Shown piece by piece: positions 27,950 through 38,211 of a stretch of DNA of 64,000 nt. A program made the position numbers and the translations under genes. This DNA comes from Chloroflexota bacterium (GTDB taxonomy: Bacteria; Chloroflexota; Anaerolineae; UBA4142): positions 12,331 to 76,330 of the forward strand of contig JACRMI010000010.1 in the NCBI GenBank assembly GCA_016215025.1, written 5' to 3'. Position 1 is the first letter of the stretch. Every line of letters starts with the position of its first letter. The notes below the pieces were generated by a model that was given only the letters and a program-made list of their open reading frames with translations, did no database searches and was not told where the DNA came from.

Positions 27950-28017
27950 AGCAGTCAACAGTCAACAGTGAACAGTTTTCGGTTTTCTACTGATTACTGT
28001 TCACTGATTACTGTTTA
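27950..28017. repeat. Simple-repeat palindrome (CAGTCAACAG / CTGTTCACTG family)
   Basis: AGTCAACAGTCAACAGTGAACAG...TACTGTTCACTGATTACTGTTTAC after the pspA stop. Confidence 0.8.
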
Positions 28018-28034
28018 CTTTCTAGGATGTTCCT

Positions 28035-29231
28035 ATGAATCGAACTCGTATCATTTTCTTCGCCGTCATCATCCTTGCGCTGGTTATTGTCGGCGTTTCA
28101 TTTTTGGCGACGCAATTGAGCGGCGATATTCCGGACCCAATGGCGCAGCCCATTCAAGTTCGGATCGTCAGTGCGCTGCCGGTTGAACCATGGGTCAGCG
28201 ATGCCGCGAAAAAGTTTAACGCTGAAAAACGTACGCAAGACGGTCGCACGATTGTCGTGACGGTAACGCCGATGGACAGCGTGACCGCCCTCGGCAAATG
28301 GGATCGCGGCGAATTTACACCGAGCGATGGTCGAGGTGCGGTGCCGACGGTGTGGATTCCCGATAGTCGCTATCTGGTCGAACTGGTGAACTCGACGTAC
28401 AGCGCCAAGCTAGGGCGCGACATTTTTCTGACCGATGGTGAATATCGCGCGCGTCCGCTTGTAACGTCGCTTTTCTCGTGGGGCATTTACGACAGTCGCT
28501 ACAAAGTCCTCAACGACAAATTCAAGACCGTTGATTGGAAAACGATCCACGATGCGGCGATTGCAAAAGGCGGCTGGCCCGAACTCGGAGGACAATCGTC
28601 GTGGGGTTATTTCAAGTTGATCGTACCGAACCCGCGCAAGAATGCGGCAGGTTTGCTCGCAATGGTTTCGGCGGCGGGCGAGTACTATGACAAGGCGTCG
28701 ATCACAACCGACGATGTGACGAATCCGCAATTTCAAAAGTGGCTCAAAGAGTTGATGAGTTCGGTCACCGATTTTTCGTCGCTGTCGTCGTACACGGTTG
28801 AAGACCTGGGACTCTTTGGATATTCGGTCGGCGATGGCGGACAATTGCTCGAAAGCGATCTGCTCGTGAACATGCAAGGTATTCAGACGCGCTGGGTCGA
28901 ACCGCTCCGTATCGTTTATCCAAAATATCTGACATGGTTTGATTTCCCGTTCACAACTTGGATGGGACCCGAGACGAGCGCATCGGAAAAAAATGCGGCA
29001 TTGCAATTTGAAAAATATTTGCTCACTGCACCGATCCAAGCGGATGCGGCAGCGCGCGGTTTTCGACCTGCTAACACTGAAGTGTCGATTTCGGGCAACG
29101 AGAGCTTGTTTATCAAATGGCAAGGTCAAGGCGCAAAAGCGATTGTTCCATCGACGGCTCGAATGCGTTCCCCGGATCGTGACACGTTGCAAGCACTCTT
29201 GCGCTGGTTCGATCTGAACGTGGCGAAATGA
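28035..29231 (+). CDS. Membrane-anchored extracytoplasmic protein with a periplasmic-binding-protein-like domain
   Basis: N-terminal TM (IIFFAVIILALVIVGVSFL), then a 370-aa soluble domain. It is paralogous to the N-terminal domain of the next gene, and its stop overlaps the next start. Confidence 0.55.
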   Translation: MNRTRIIFFAVIILALVIVGVSFLATQLSGDIPDPMAQPIQVRIVSALPVEPWVSDAAKKFNAEKRTQDGRTIVVTVTPMDSVTALGKWDRGEFTPSDGRGAVPTVWIPDSRYLVELVNSTYSAKLGRDIFLTDGEYRARPLVTSLFSWGIYDSRYKVLNDKFKTVDWKTIHDAAIAKGGWPELGGQSSWGYFKLIVPNPRKNAAGLLAMVSAAGEYYDKASITTDDVTNPQFQKWLKELMSSVTDFSSLSSYTVEDLGLFGYSVGDGGQLLESDLLVNMQGIQTRWVEPLRIVYPKYLTWFDFPFTTWMGPETSASEKNAALQFEKYLLTAPIQADAAARGFRPANTEVSISGNESLFIKWQGQGAKAIVPSTARMRSPDRDTLQALLRWFDLNVAK

Positions 29232-30916
29232 GGCGCACGATGAAGAAAAATAAACGCAATCCCGCTTTTAATCGGGCAAACGGATGTGCGCTTCTGGTCG
29301 TGCTGGCAGTCGTCCTGGGAATGTTTGCCGTCTTGTGCGGTATTACGATATTTGCCTCAAACTTGAATTCGCTGACGGATGCGACGCCCGCGCCGACGAG
29401 CGCAACGCTCGATCTAGCGTACTCGCCCGAAAAAGACGCGCTAATGCAAGACATTGTCGCGCGCTTCAACAAATCGAATTTCAAAACGCCGGCGGGCTTG
29501 CCGATGAAGATCAACGCGACGAAGATGGACGCCGGCGACATTGTCGATGCGGCGCGCGCGGGCAGGTTTACGGCGGTCAGTCCAGACTCGTCATTGTGGC
29601 TTGCACAAATCGATGCAGGACGCGCTACGCCATTGGTTGGTGAATCGACGCGCTTTGCCGTGACGCCAGTCGTCATCGCGATGTGGAATGATGTCGCGCA
29701 ATCGCTCGGCTATCCGCAAAAGCAAATCGGTTGGCAAGACTTGTTGAACAAAGCAAAGAGCGATCCGAATTTCAAGTGGAGTCATCCATCGTCCACGACG
29801 GCGAGCGGCTTGCTGGCAACGCTGGCGGAGTTTTACGCGGGCGCAAACAAGACGCGCAATTTGACCGAAGATGACTTGAACAATCGCGCGGTGCTCGACT
29901 ATGTGGCGGCGCTCGAAAAAACGGTGCGTTATTATGGCGAGGGCGAACAGGCGACCGTCGATCAAGTGCTGGCGAAGGGACGCAGCTACATCGATGCGTT
30001 CGTCGTGTCGGAACGCATGGTGATCTTTTTCAATAGCAAGTCATCGCAGAAACTCGTCGCGATTTACCCTGCCGAAGGGACGCTGTGGCAAGACCATCCG
30101 CTCGCATTGCTTGAGCAAACAAATCTTACCGATGATCAGCGTTTGACGTATCGACGATTCCGAGATTTCTTGCTCTCGTCCGATATTCAGAAATTGGTTT
30201 TGCAATCGGGCTATCGCCCCGTCGATTTGAAATTGCGTCTCGACGATCCTGCATCGCCAATCAAAACAGGAAATGGCGTTGATCCATCGCAGCCCCAAAC
30301 GACGTTGCAGATGCCAAGTTCGGCGGTGATGGACAAGGTTGTAGCGTCGTGGTATTTGTCTAAGCGACCGGCGAACATTTATCTCGTCGCCGACACGTCG
30401 GGCAGCATGGCAGAACAAAACAAGCTCAAGCAAGCCCAAGATGCGCTCAATACCTTTCTCGATCAAGTGCAAGGTGATCGTGATCGTGTGGGACTCGTTC
30501 CGTTTGCGGATCGGGTCTATAACGTAGTTCAGTTAAAGGAAATTGGACCGCAGCGCGCGAGCTTGAAAAATAGTGTTAATCAACTTGGCGCAAATGGTCG
30601 CACCGCATTGCTGGATGCGGTGTCGTATGCATACGACGATTTGCAAAAGCGCAATGAGCGGGATCGCATCAACGCTATCGTCGTCATGACCGACGGTATC
30701 GAGAATGCATCGTCGACCAATTTGAACGCGCTGACGCAAAAGGTCAAACGCCAAAACGCAAGCGGCGTGCCGGTGTTAGTTTTCGCTATCGGCTACGGTA
30801 GCGATGCTGACTTTGATGTGCTGAATTCCCTGGCGGATGCAACGGGTGGTTTGTCGCGTCGCGCTGATCCAGAGACGATTCAGAAACTGTACAAGATTTT
30901 GTCGACGTATTTCTAA
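29228..30916 (+). CDS. Membrane-anchored PBP-like domain fused to a C-terminal von Willebrand factor A (vWA) domain
   Basis: TM anchor; PBP-type-2-like region (SHPSSTTASGLLA); C-terminal vWA with MIDAS DTSGSM...T...D (IYLVADTSGSMAE...VMTDGIEN). Confidence 0.65.
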   Translation: MRRTMKKNKRNPAFNRANGCALLVVLAVVLGMFAVLCGITIFASNLNSLTDATPAPTSATLDLAYSPEKDALMQDIVARFNKSNFKTPAGLPMKINATKMDAGDIVDAARAGRFTAVSPDSSLWLAQIDAGRATPLVGESTRFAVTPVVIAMWNDVAQSLGYPQKQIGWQDLLNKAKSDPNFKWSHPSSTTASGLLATLAEFYAGANKTRNLTEDDLNNRAVLDYVAALEKTVRYYGEGEQATVDQVLAKGRSYIDAFVVSERMVIFFNSKSSQKLVAIYPAEGTLWQDHPLALLEQTNLTDDQRLTYRRFRDFLLSSDIQKLVLQSGYRPVDLKLRLDDPASPIKTGNGVDPSQPQTTLQMPSSAVMDKVVASWYLSKRPANIYLVADTSGSMAEQNKLKQAQDALNTFLDQVQGDRDRVGLVPFADRVYNVVQLKEIGPQRASLKNSVNQLGANGRTALLDAVSYAYDDLQKRNERDRINAIVVMTDGIENASSTNLNALTQKVKRQNASGVPVLVFAIGYGSDADFDVLNSLADATGGLSRRADPETIQKLYKILSTYF

Positions 30917-30924
30917 TTTGAGAA

Positions 30925-30987
30925 TTGTCATTTCGAGCGAAGCGAGAAATCTGATTTCTCACTTGCTTCGCTCGTTCGAAATGACAT
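30925..30987. repeat. Hairpin repeat, TGTCATTTCGAGCGAAGCGAGAAATC...GATTTCTCACTTGCTTCGCTCGTTCGAAATGACA (family copy 2)
   Basis: Near-perfect palindrome between the vWA gene and the flotillin gene. Confidence 0.85.
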
Positions 30988-31013
30988 GGTGTATGTGTTG
31001 GTAAAGGAGGCGT

Positions 31014-32987
31014 ATGTCTAACGTAATTCTTTCGCTCACAATGTTGTTCTTTGTATCCCTGGGCATCATTGCCATTTTGATTGCGCTTTCTGGTTTTCGA
31101 TTCATACCGAACAATCGTATCGGCATCGTCGAAAAAAGAGTCAGTGGCAAAGGTTCGATCAAGTCCGGTTTTATCGCGCTGAACGGCGAAGCGGGTTATC
31201 AGCCGAATGTGTTGCGGGGTGGTTTGCATTACCTCATGCCGATTCAGTACCATGTGCATGTTGTTCCGCTCGTGACGATCACGCAAGGCAAGATCGGTTA
31301 CGTGTTTGCCCGCGACGGTAAGCAGCTTGATCCGACCCAGGTGCTGGCGTCGAATGCGACCGTCAACGATTTTCAAGATGTCGAAGCGTTTCTGGCGAAT
31401 GGTGGACAGCGTGGACCGCAGCGCCGCATTTTGCGTGAAGGTACGTATGCGATCAATCTCGTCCAGTTCGTCGTCATCACCGAAGAGCGCGTCTTTTCGT
31501 TGCCGCTCAACCGCGACGAAGCAGAGACCATTCGCAAAATGGCAGATGTTATTGCCGAACGCAACGGTTTTCGTCCAATCGTGATCAAAGATACGGATGA
31601 TCTTGTTGGGATTGTCACAGTCCATGATGGTCCGTCGCTCGCGCAAGGCGAAATCATCGCACCAATTGTCGGGACGACCGTGGCAAGTGCCGATACGTAT
31701 CACAATAATTTTCAAGATGCCGACAAGTTCTTGGCGGCGAATGGATCACGCGGTCGCCAGTTGCAGGTGTTGGTCGAAGGCACGTACTATATCAATCGAC
31801 TCTTTGCAACCGTGGAGATGATCAAAAAGACGATTGTCGAAGTGGGCACAGTTGGCGTGGTCGTGTCGTACACCGGCGAACAAGGCGTGGATTTGTCCGG
31901 CAAGGAATATCGGCATGGCGAGATGGTCGAAAAAGGCAAGCGCGGCGTGTGGAGTGAAGCGCTGATGCCGGGCAAGTACGCCTTCAACACGTATGCCGGC
32001 AAAGTGATTATCGTGCCGACGACGAACATCATCCTAAAGTGGATTCGGAGCGAGGTGGGTTCGCATCGCCTCGACGAAAACTTGTCCGAAGTTTCGCTCA
32101 TCACGAAAGATGCATTTGAGCCATCGTTGCCGCTGTCGGTTGTGATTCACATCGATTATCAAAAAGCGCCACTCGTCATTCAACGCTTTGGCGATATTAA
32201 ACGGCTCGTCGAGCAAACGCTCGATCCGATGGTGTCGGCGTACTTTAAGAATATCGGACAGACCCGGACGCTGATTCAACTCATCCAAGAACGCAGTATG
32301 ATTCAGAAAACCGCGAGCCAGGAGATGCAAGAAAAATTCGCCCATTACAATCTGCAACTCGAAGAAGTGCTGATCGGCACGCCCGCGCCGCCCGTGGGCG
32401 ACACTCAAATCGAAACGATCTTGACCCAGTTGCGCTCGCGTCAAGTGGCGACGGAACAGGTCGAAACGTATGGGCGACAAGAAACCGCCGCGGTCAAGGA
32501 ACGCGAATTGCGCGAAGCGCAAGCACGTGCCGAGATGCAAAAACATATCACCGAATCTGAGTTGAGCATCACGGTTCAATCGAACCAAGGCAAGGCGGAG
32601 TATCAACGCGCGGTCCAGCAAGCGGCACAGATTCGCACGCTTGCCGAAGCCGAATCCGAAAAGGTGGCGCGTATTGGTATCGCGCAAGCATTGGCGACGG
32701 AAGAGCAAGTCCGTGCGTACGGCGGACCGCAATTCCAAGTTACGCAGACCGTCCTTAATCGGTTCGCCGAAGCGATTCAACAATCGCAGGTGGATGTTGT
32801 GCCGCGTGTGATGATCAGTGGTGATGGTAAGCAAGGTGGTTCTGGTAATGTGATGGAAGGATTGCTCGCGCTCTTGTTGTCAGAACGAATGGGTGTGCAA
32901 GCGACGGAGGATCGTCAGCGCTCGCCTGAAGCCGAAGCGCTGCGCGAACAAGTGCGCGCAAGTTTGAAGACAGATAAACCCATGTGA
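31014..32987 (+). CDS. Flotillin / SPFH (band-7) family membrane protein (YqiK/FloT-like)
   Basis: N-terminal TM, an SPFH-like region, and a long Glu/Ala/Gln-rich coiled coil (EAQARAEMQKH...AEAESEKVARIG), as in FloT. Confidence 0.7.
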   Translation: MSNVILSLTMLFFVSLGIIAILIALSGFRFIPNNRIGIVEKRVSGKGSIKSGFIALNGEAGYQPNVLRGGLHYLMPIQYHVHVVPLVTITQGKIGYVFARDGKQLDPTQVLASNATVNDFQDVEAFLANGGQRGPQRRILREGTYAINLVQFVVITEERVFSLPLNRDEAETIRKMADVIAERNGFRPIVIKDTDDLVGIVTVHDGPSLAQGEIIAPIVGTTVASADTYHNNFQDADKFLAANGSRGRQLQVLVEGTYYINRLFATVEMIKKTIVEVGTVGVVVSYTGEQGVDLSGKEYRHGEMVEKGKRGVWSEALMPGKYAFNTYAGKVIIVPTTNIILKWIRSEVGSHRLDENLSEVSLITKDAFEPSLPLSVVIHIDYQKAPLVIQRFGDIKRLVEQTLDPMVSAYFKNIGQTRTLIQLIQERSMIQKTASQEMQEKFAHYNLQLEEVLIGTPAPPVGDTQIETILTQLRSRQVATEQVETYGRQETAAVKERELREAQARAEMQKHITESELSITVQSNQGKAEYQRAVQQAAQIRTLAEAESEKVARIGIAQALATEEQVRAYGGPQFQVTQTVLNRFAEAIQQSQVDVVPRVMISGDGKQGGSGNVMEGLLALLLSERMGVQATEDRQRSPEAEALREQVRASLKTDKPM

Positions 32988-32989
32988 GT

Positions 32990-33044
32990 GAGTATGGGGG
33001 TGAGGGAGTGAATTACTCTTCCTCACTCCCATACTCCCATACTC
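32990..33044. repeat. Palindromic element GAGTATGGGGGTGAGGGAGTG...CTCACTCCCATACTCCCATACTC
   Basis: Inverted repeat immediately after the flotillin stop. Confidence 0.8.
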
Positions 33045-33050
33045 TTACTA

Positions 33051-33872
33051 ATGCCTATGTCAAAAAATAACACCTCTATCCGCTCCCGCGCGTGGTCTGC
33101 TATTCTCTCGTATGCGATTTTTCGTTTCGAGAGTGCGGCGACCATTGCGCTCACCATCTTGCTTGCGTACTTTGTGCCGCGCCCGTTCGATTGGTGGCAG
33201 TGGTGGTACTGGATCATCGTCGGTTTGATTGCGGAAGCGCTTATCGTGTGGAGCAGCATCGGCGATGTGAACACGGGCGCGCAAGTCGTCGCCGATATGT
33301 TTCGGCAGGAATTCAATCCTGGGATGATCCAGAGCCAAAAGTATCGCGCCGAAGTGGAACGTGCGTTGGACTATCGCACGCGCATCGAAGAACTGATTCG
33401 CAGCAGTGAAGCAGGCGTTTTGCGCGACCACTTGCAATCGTCGACGGCAGGCATCTCGGATTGGATCGCGCAAATCTTTCGATTGGCGCAGCGCTTGGAT
33501 GCGTTCAGCCGCGATGAGATCATCAAGCAAGATGCGGTCGAAGCGCCGAAGGAAATAAGGGAACTAAAGGAAAGGTTGCTCCGCACAACCAGCGATGCGG
33601 TCCGCCAGCAGGCGCAGCGCACGCTCGAATCGAAAAAGGAACAGTGGGCGAATATCGAAAAGCTGACGAGCACGATGGAGAACGCCGAGCTGCAACTCGA
33701 CGCGACGATGACGGCGTTGGGCACAGTTTACTCACAGTTGATGCTCATCCACTCGAAAGACGACATTGAGGACAGTCGCTCACAGCGATTGCAAAAAGAC
33801 ATCGCCGAGCAAGTAACGCAATTGAATGAGATGCAAGGGGCGATGGATGAAGTGTATGAACGTAAAAGCTAA
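33051..33872 (+). CDS. Two-TM membrane protein with a long cytoplasmic coiled coil, unknown function
   Basis: 273 aa; two N-terminal TM helices and a heptad-rich C-terminus. It is co-oriented with the psp/flotillin block. Confidence 0.5.
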   Translation: MPMSKNNTSIRSRAWSAILSYAIFRFESAATIALTILLAYFVPRPFDWWQWWYWIIVGLIAEALIVWSSIGDVNTGAQVVADMFRQEFNPGMIQSQKYRAEVERALDYRTRIEELIRSSEAGVLRDHLQSSTAGISDWIAQIFRLAQRLDAFSRDEIIKQDAVEAPKEIRELKERLLRTTSDAVRQQAQRTLESKKEQWANIEKLTSTMENAELQLDATMTALGTVYSQLMLIHSKDDIEDSRSQRLQKDIAEQVTQLNEMQGAMDEVYERKS

Positions 33873-33902
33873 AAGCTGAAAGTGCAAAGTGATACGTGAT
33901 GC

Positions 33903-34286
33903 GTGAATCGTGAAGGCATAACACGAGGTCAATCGCCGATGAAATGGTTGGCGCAATTGTTTCAAAAAAGCCAGTCTGTATCGCAAGTCGATGAGGTCAA
34001 GAGCAGGGCGTATGTTGCATTCACGGCTTGGGGTCCCGATGGGGTGAAACATCGCGAGAGCAAATTGGCGGATGTTTTTCCCGATGTGCCGGAGGCAACG
34101 CGGTTGCTTTGGAGCGCCGAATTCAAAAAGATCGATAGTGAAATTTGGAATATTGTTCAGCGTGGGATCAGGGAAGGCAGCCAAAGACGATTTGCTCGCG
34201 AATTGCAGAGCAAATTTCCATTTATGAACAAACAAGCTCTAGATTGGGCTTGGTCATTAGCGAGTTATTACGCGATTCATGGATAG
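33903..34286 (+). CDS. Hypothetical protein
   Basis: 127-aa ORF with no recognised motifs; start uncertain. Confidence 0.35.
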   Translation: MNREGITRGQSPMKWLAQLFQKSQSVSQVDEVKSRAYVAFTAWGPDGVKHRESKLADVFPDVPEATRLLWSAEFKKIDSEIWNIVQRGIREGSQRRFARELQSKFPFMNKQALDWAWSLASYYAIHG

Positions 34287-34322
34287 TAGACTCGTCACTG
34301 ATTTGTCGATGGAGAATCGAGG

Positions 34323-34877
34323 ATGACTATGAAATGCCCTGTGTGCAAAGACAATCTTTTGCAAGCAACCGTTTTGGACTGGGAAATGCCAGCGTACAAG
34401 TGTGATCGCTGCGAAGGCGTTTGGATTCCCGCCAATGATTATTTGGCTTGGCTAAAGGATCAAGGCGCGCACGCGCATTTGGATCATGCCGCCGCAACAG
34501 CGTCGCCTATGGATGTTCCATCGCCCAAGTTTTGCCCAAATTGCAGCAAGGTCATGCGCCGTTTCAAAGTTTTGCCCAACGTCGATCTCTACTTGGATCG
34601 CTGTTCGCAATGCAACGGCGTGTGGTGCGACCAGAACGAATGGGGCTGGCTCGTCGCGAACAACTTGCAAGACAAGATCAACTTGCTGTTCACGCAACCC
34701 TGGCAAACGCGCTTGCGCGAGCAAGAAACGAAAACCGCATTGGAAAAAGTGTACTTGGAACGATTTGGAGAGGTGGATTATTCCAAACTCAAGGAAATCT
34801 GGATATGGCTAAGATTTCATCCGCAGCGCGGCATGTTGTTGGCATACCTGCAAGCAGAGAATCCGTACAAGATGTAA
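34323..34877 (+). CDS. Tandem zinc-ribbon (zf-TFIIB-like) protein
   Basis: Two CPxC...C(D/S)xCxGVW units (CPVCKD...CDRCEGVW; CPNCSK...CSQCNGVW). Confidence 0.6.
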   Translation: MTMKCPVCKDNLLQATVLDWEMPAYKCDRCEGVWIPANDYLAWLKDQGAHAHLDHAAATASPMDVPSPKFCPNCSKVMRRFKVLPNVDLYLDRCSQCNGVWCDQNEWGWLVANNLQDKINLLFTQPWQTRLREQETKTALEKVYLERFGEVDYSKLKEIWIWLRFHPQRGMLLAYLQAENPYKM

Positions 34878-34902
34878 AGGGTTTGCCAATTGACGCCATT
34901 CG

Positions 34903-34930
34903 TTGAAACGAACGGCTGTTGAGTACGAAA
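34903..34930. repeat. 28-bp direct repeat ACGCCATTCGTTGAAACGAACGGCTGT (copy 1; extended imperfect hairpin to about 34975)
   Basis: An identical 28-mer occurs again at 35541. Confidence 0.85.
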
Positions 34931-34995
34931 CCCGTTTCGCGGGTTTGCCGCAGAGTAGCCGTCGGTTTCAACCGATAGCACGCTGAAAGATACCT

Positions 34996-35514
34996 ATGAA
35001 GAAAATCGCAGAGTTGATCGGTCGTGAATTAAAGTGGGAACAGCCCAGCACGCTTAAGATGGAATATGAATTGCGTGCGGATGAGGAATTGGCTGCGACG
35101 TTGTGTTTCAAAAACTCGTTTGGATCCTTTGCGACGGCGGCAAGCGCGGATGGGACCTGGACGTTCAAGCGGGTTGGATTTTGGCAAACGCGAGCCACAA
35201 TTCGCTCGATTGGTGCAAACATCGATTTGGCTGTCTTTAAAAACAATACCTGGAGCGGCGGCGGCACGCTAGAGTTTCCCGACGGGCGGAAATATTTGGC
35301 AAACACTAACTTTTGGCAGACCCATTACGAATTCAAGACCGAAGCGGGCGAGAGCTTGTTTGCATATCGAAACATTGGCGGCGTGCTTCATGCATCCAGT
35401 CACGTCAGAATTGAGCCGTGTGCTGCCGCCATTGCCGAATTGCCGTGGGTGGTTATGCTTGGATGGTACCTCATTGTGATGATGCAACAGGATGCGGCTG
35501 TCGCTGCGGTGTGA
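34996..35514 (+). CDS. Hypothetical protein
   Basis: 172 aa, bracketed by the two 28-bp direct repeats. Confidence 0.4.
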   Translation: MKKIAELIGRELKWEQPSTLKMEYELRADEELAATLCFKNSFGSFATAASADGTWTFKRVGFWQTRATIRSIGANIDLAVFKNNTWSGGGTLEFPDGRKYLANTNFWQTHYEFKTEAGESLFAYRNIGGVLHASSHVRIEPCAAAIAELPWVVMLGWYLIVMMQQDAAVAAV

Positions 35515-35540
35515 TGTGCGAAACGATGCTAGTCCAATAA

Positions 35541-35568
35541 ACGCCATTCGTTGAAACGAACGGCTGTC
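35541..35568. repeat. 28-bp direct repeat ACGCCATTCGTTGAAACGAACGGCTGT (copy 2)
   Basis: Identical to the copy at 34903. Confidence 0.85.
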
Positions 35569-35599
35569 GATCTCGAAGTCGTCATGTGGAGGTCTTTTT

Positions 35600-36808
35600 A
35601 TGCAAAATATAGACATTTATTATGAGTCTATTCGGCAAGTTTACGAACAAATCATGAAATGGCCGAGACGAAAACAGCCCATACAAGAAAAAATTATTGA
35701 CCTAATACTTAGTGTGGTTGGTGGGCTCTTTACATTATCTGTCATTCCTATCTTGCCTGTTCTTCTAGTTGTTTTTGGTAGTCGGTTAGGTGGATCTCTC
35801 GGCACATTTACCTTAGTCGGTGCGGGCATAAAGACTTTCCTTGTTGTCTGGGGAGTTATGTTCGCAGGAGGGCTACTTCTATTCGTCCTTCTGTTATGGT
35901 TCAATGATAAAGTTGATTCACGCGCAGAAAAACCTACTGGACCACCACAAACTCTTTCTCCCGAACAACTGACGTTTATTGCAATTTACGAATCGTGGAA
36001 AGAGCTAAAGATTTATTTCGTAAGTCACGTTGAACAGCATGTGAAAAATTCCTTAACGGCATTAAGGCGTGTATTACAAAATAGACATGATCGGCTTTTT
36101 CGAGAGATACGTGGGGGAGAATTAGCATTAAGACGCGCCACCATCCAAGAATATCAAAGAGAAGAAGGGCTAATAGCAATATCTATGTCCGAGGATTTGC
36201 CGGCCTATATTTCGGAGTCCATTCATCCTAGCTTCCGTGGTCAAGTAGAAATTGCTCGGACATTTCTCCAAACCTTTGAAAAATATTCTTGGTTTCAAAT
36301 AGATTCTAATACTAGAGCAACCCTCCAAGCCTTGATATCGTTCTCGGAAAAAATCCCCTATCGTTTGAAGCAAAAAGAGGATTTACCTGTTGTGCTAAGC
36401 GTATTGGAAAATTTGAGCAAGTTCACTTATGCGTATTTACCCGAGCACAAAACTTATATGGACACAACAACTCTAGAGAAATTGCGGATGGATGGAGCCC
36501 AATGTCTGCAACAATTCGTTGTCGAAGTAAATAACGTCACTCCACCTTCGCGATTACAAAAACCTGATGAGCCCAAGACTCAATCACTACCATTTAGAGA
36601 AAAAATGGTGAGCTTCTTCTACGGTAACATTTTCCTGCGGTTTACTGCTTGGTTTGCTCTCATTTTAGTTCTTACTGGAATGGCTATATTTATCATCAAT
36701 CAACGCATCAATTTATCACCTGACGCAATGGTTACCCTAGTTATTGGTTCAAGTGTGACAGGTGCGGCGGCGCTGGCGGCTTTCTTGCCCGTCATTTCCA
36801 AAAAATAG
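35600..36808 (+). CDS. Four-TM membrane protein of unknown function, compositionally atypical (low GC)
   Basis: 402 aa. Two TM helices at the N-terminus, two at the C-terminus, and a cytoplasmic helical domain. The gene is about 42% GC against about 57% in the flanks. Confidence 0.5.
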   Translation: MQNIDIYYESIRQVYEQIMKWPRRKQPIQEKIIDLILSVVGGLFTLSVIPILPVLLVVFGSRLGGSLGTFTLVGAGIKTFLVVWGVMFAGGLLLFVLLLWFNDKVDSRAEKPTGPPQTLSPEQLTFIAIYESWKELKIYFVSHVEQHVKNSLTALRRVLQNRHDRLFREIRGGELALRRATIQEYQREEGLIAISMSEDLPAYISESIHPSFRGQVEIARTFLQTFEKYSWFQIDSNTRATLQALISFSEKIPYRLKQKEDLPVVLSVLENLSKFTYAYLPEHKTYMDTTTLEKLRMDGAQCLQQFVVEVNNVTPPSRLQKPDEPKTQSLPFREKMVSFFYGNIFLRFTAWFALILVLTGMAIFIINQRINLSPDAMVTLVIGSSVTGAAALAAFLPVISKK

Positions 36809-36832
36809 AATGTACCGATTGGAGATACCCAT

Positions 36833-37970
36833 GAAGAAAGTTTTTCTTACACTCGCACTAATTGCACTTCTCGCTATCACCTCATGCTCCGGCGCATCGC
36901 CCAGCAAAGGCGAAGTCCTCGTCTACGTCGTCGCGCCGCTGTCGGGCTGGCAAGCGAACGGCGGTCAGACCGTGCTGGGCGGCGTACGCACGATGGCAGA
37001 CCAGATCAATCGCGCCGGCGGCTTGCTCGGCTATAAGGTCACCGTCAACGGCTTGGATGACACCGCCGATGACGACACAGCGAAATCGCAAGCCGAAGAA
37101 ATCGCGAGCCAGATCAAACAAGGCAAAAAAGTCATCGGCGTCATCGGACACTTGAACAGCGGACAAACCCTCGCCGCGATGGAAATCTACAAAGACTTGC
37201 CGCTCGTCGTCATCACGCCCACTGCATCCGAAGTGTCGTTGACCAAGCAGGGCTATCGCAATTTCTTTCGCGTGAATGCAACCGATGCCGCGCAAGGACC
37301 GGCGCTAGCCAAGTACATTGTCGAGCAGATGAGTGGCAAACGCATTGCCGTTGTTCATGCGGACAATGAATATGGCAACGGCTTGCGCGATCAGATCAAC
37401 AATGCGTTCAAGTCGATGAATGTGACGCCGGTCGCAACGGTGAAAATTCCCGAAGCGCAGACGACGTACGCGAAATTTATTCCGTCAATCAAGGACGCAA
37501 ACCCCGATGTGGTGTTCCTGGCTGGGTATGAAACCGAAGGCATGGTGCTTGCTCCCGAATTGCGCGCGGCGGGGATGTCGGCAAAATTTATTTGCTCGGA
37601 TGGCTGCTTCAATTCGACGTACGTCGACGAAGCTGCGCCTGCCAGCGAGGGTACGTTCGTCAGCGCCATCTCCCCCGATCCGAAGATTGTTGGCGACAAA
37701 CAATGGTGGTCAGACTATCAAAAAGTCGAATCGCGCAACCCAGACACGTACAGTGTCCCTGGGTACGCCGCCATGTCGGTCTTATCGGAAGGTGTGAAAA
37801 AAGCGAACACGTTTGATGTTATCAAAGTTGGTGATGCAATTCGCTCGCTCGACATCACGACGTTGGTTGGCAAGGTCAACTACGATACCAACGGCGATTT
37901 GAAAGACCAGCGGGTGTATATTTTCACAGTAAAAGATGGTGGATTTGTCCAGGTATTTCCCAAGCCGTAG
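36833..37970 (+). CDS. ABC transporter substrate-binding lipoprotein, branched-chain amino acid (LivJ/LivK) family
   Basis: Start MKKVFLTLALIALLAITSCSG (lipobox). The ligand-binding Leu/Ile/Val-binding fold is conserved (VIGVIGHLNSG, VVFLAGY). Confidence 0.8.
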
Positions 37971-37996
37971 GGCAATTTTCCAAAGTGCCTACCAAA

Positions 37997-38031
37997 TCGC
38001 CGCTAGGGCAAACGCTCTGGCGGCTTTTTTT
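37997..38031 (+). terminator. Rho-independent terminator
   Basis: GCCGC...GCGGC stem followed by TTTTTTT after the binding-protein gene. Confidence 0.6.
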
Positions 38032-38211
38032 GTCTGGCGCCGCAATTTGGAAAATTGCGCTACGGCAATGGCTTTAGTCATCCTGATACGTTTGTATCTC
38101 GAAATGACCCGATTGCCCCTTATATCGGATTAACATACGTGCTACAATTGTGACCAAACCCGATGGACTTTATCCGGTGCTGATGATGGCACTGGAATCG
38201 ATGCAAGGGGT

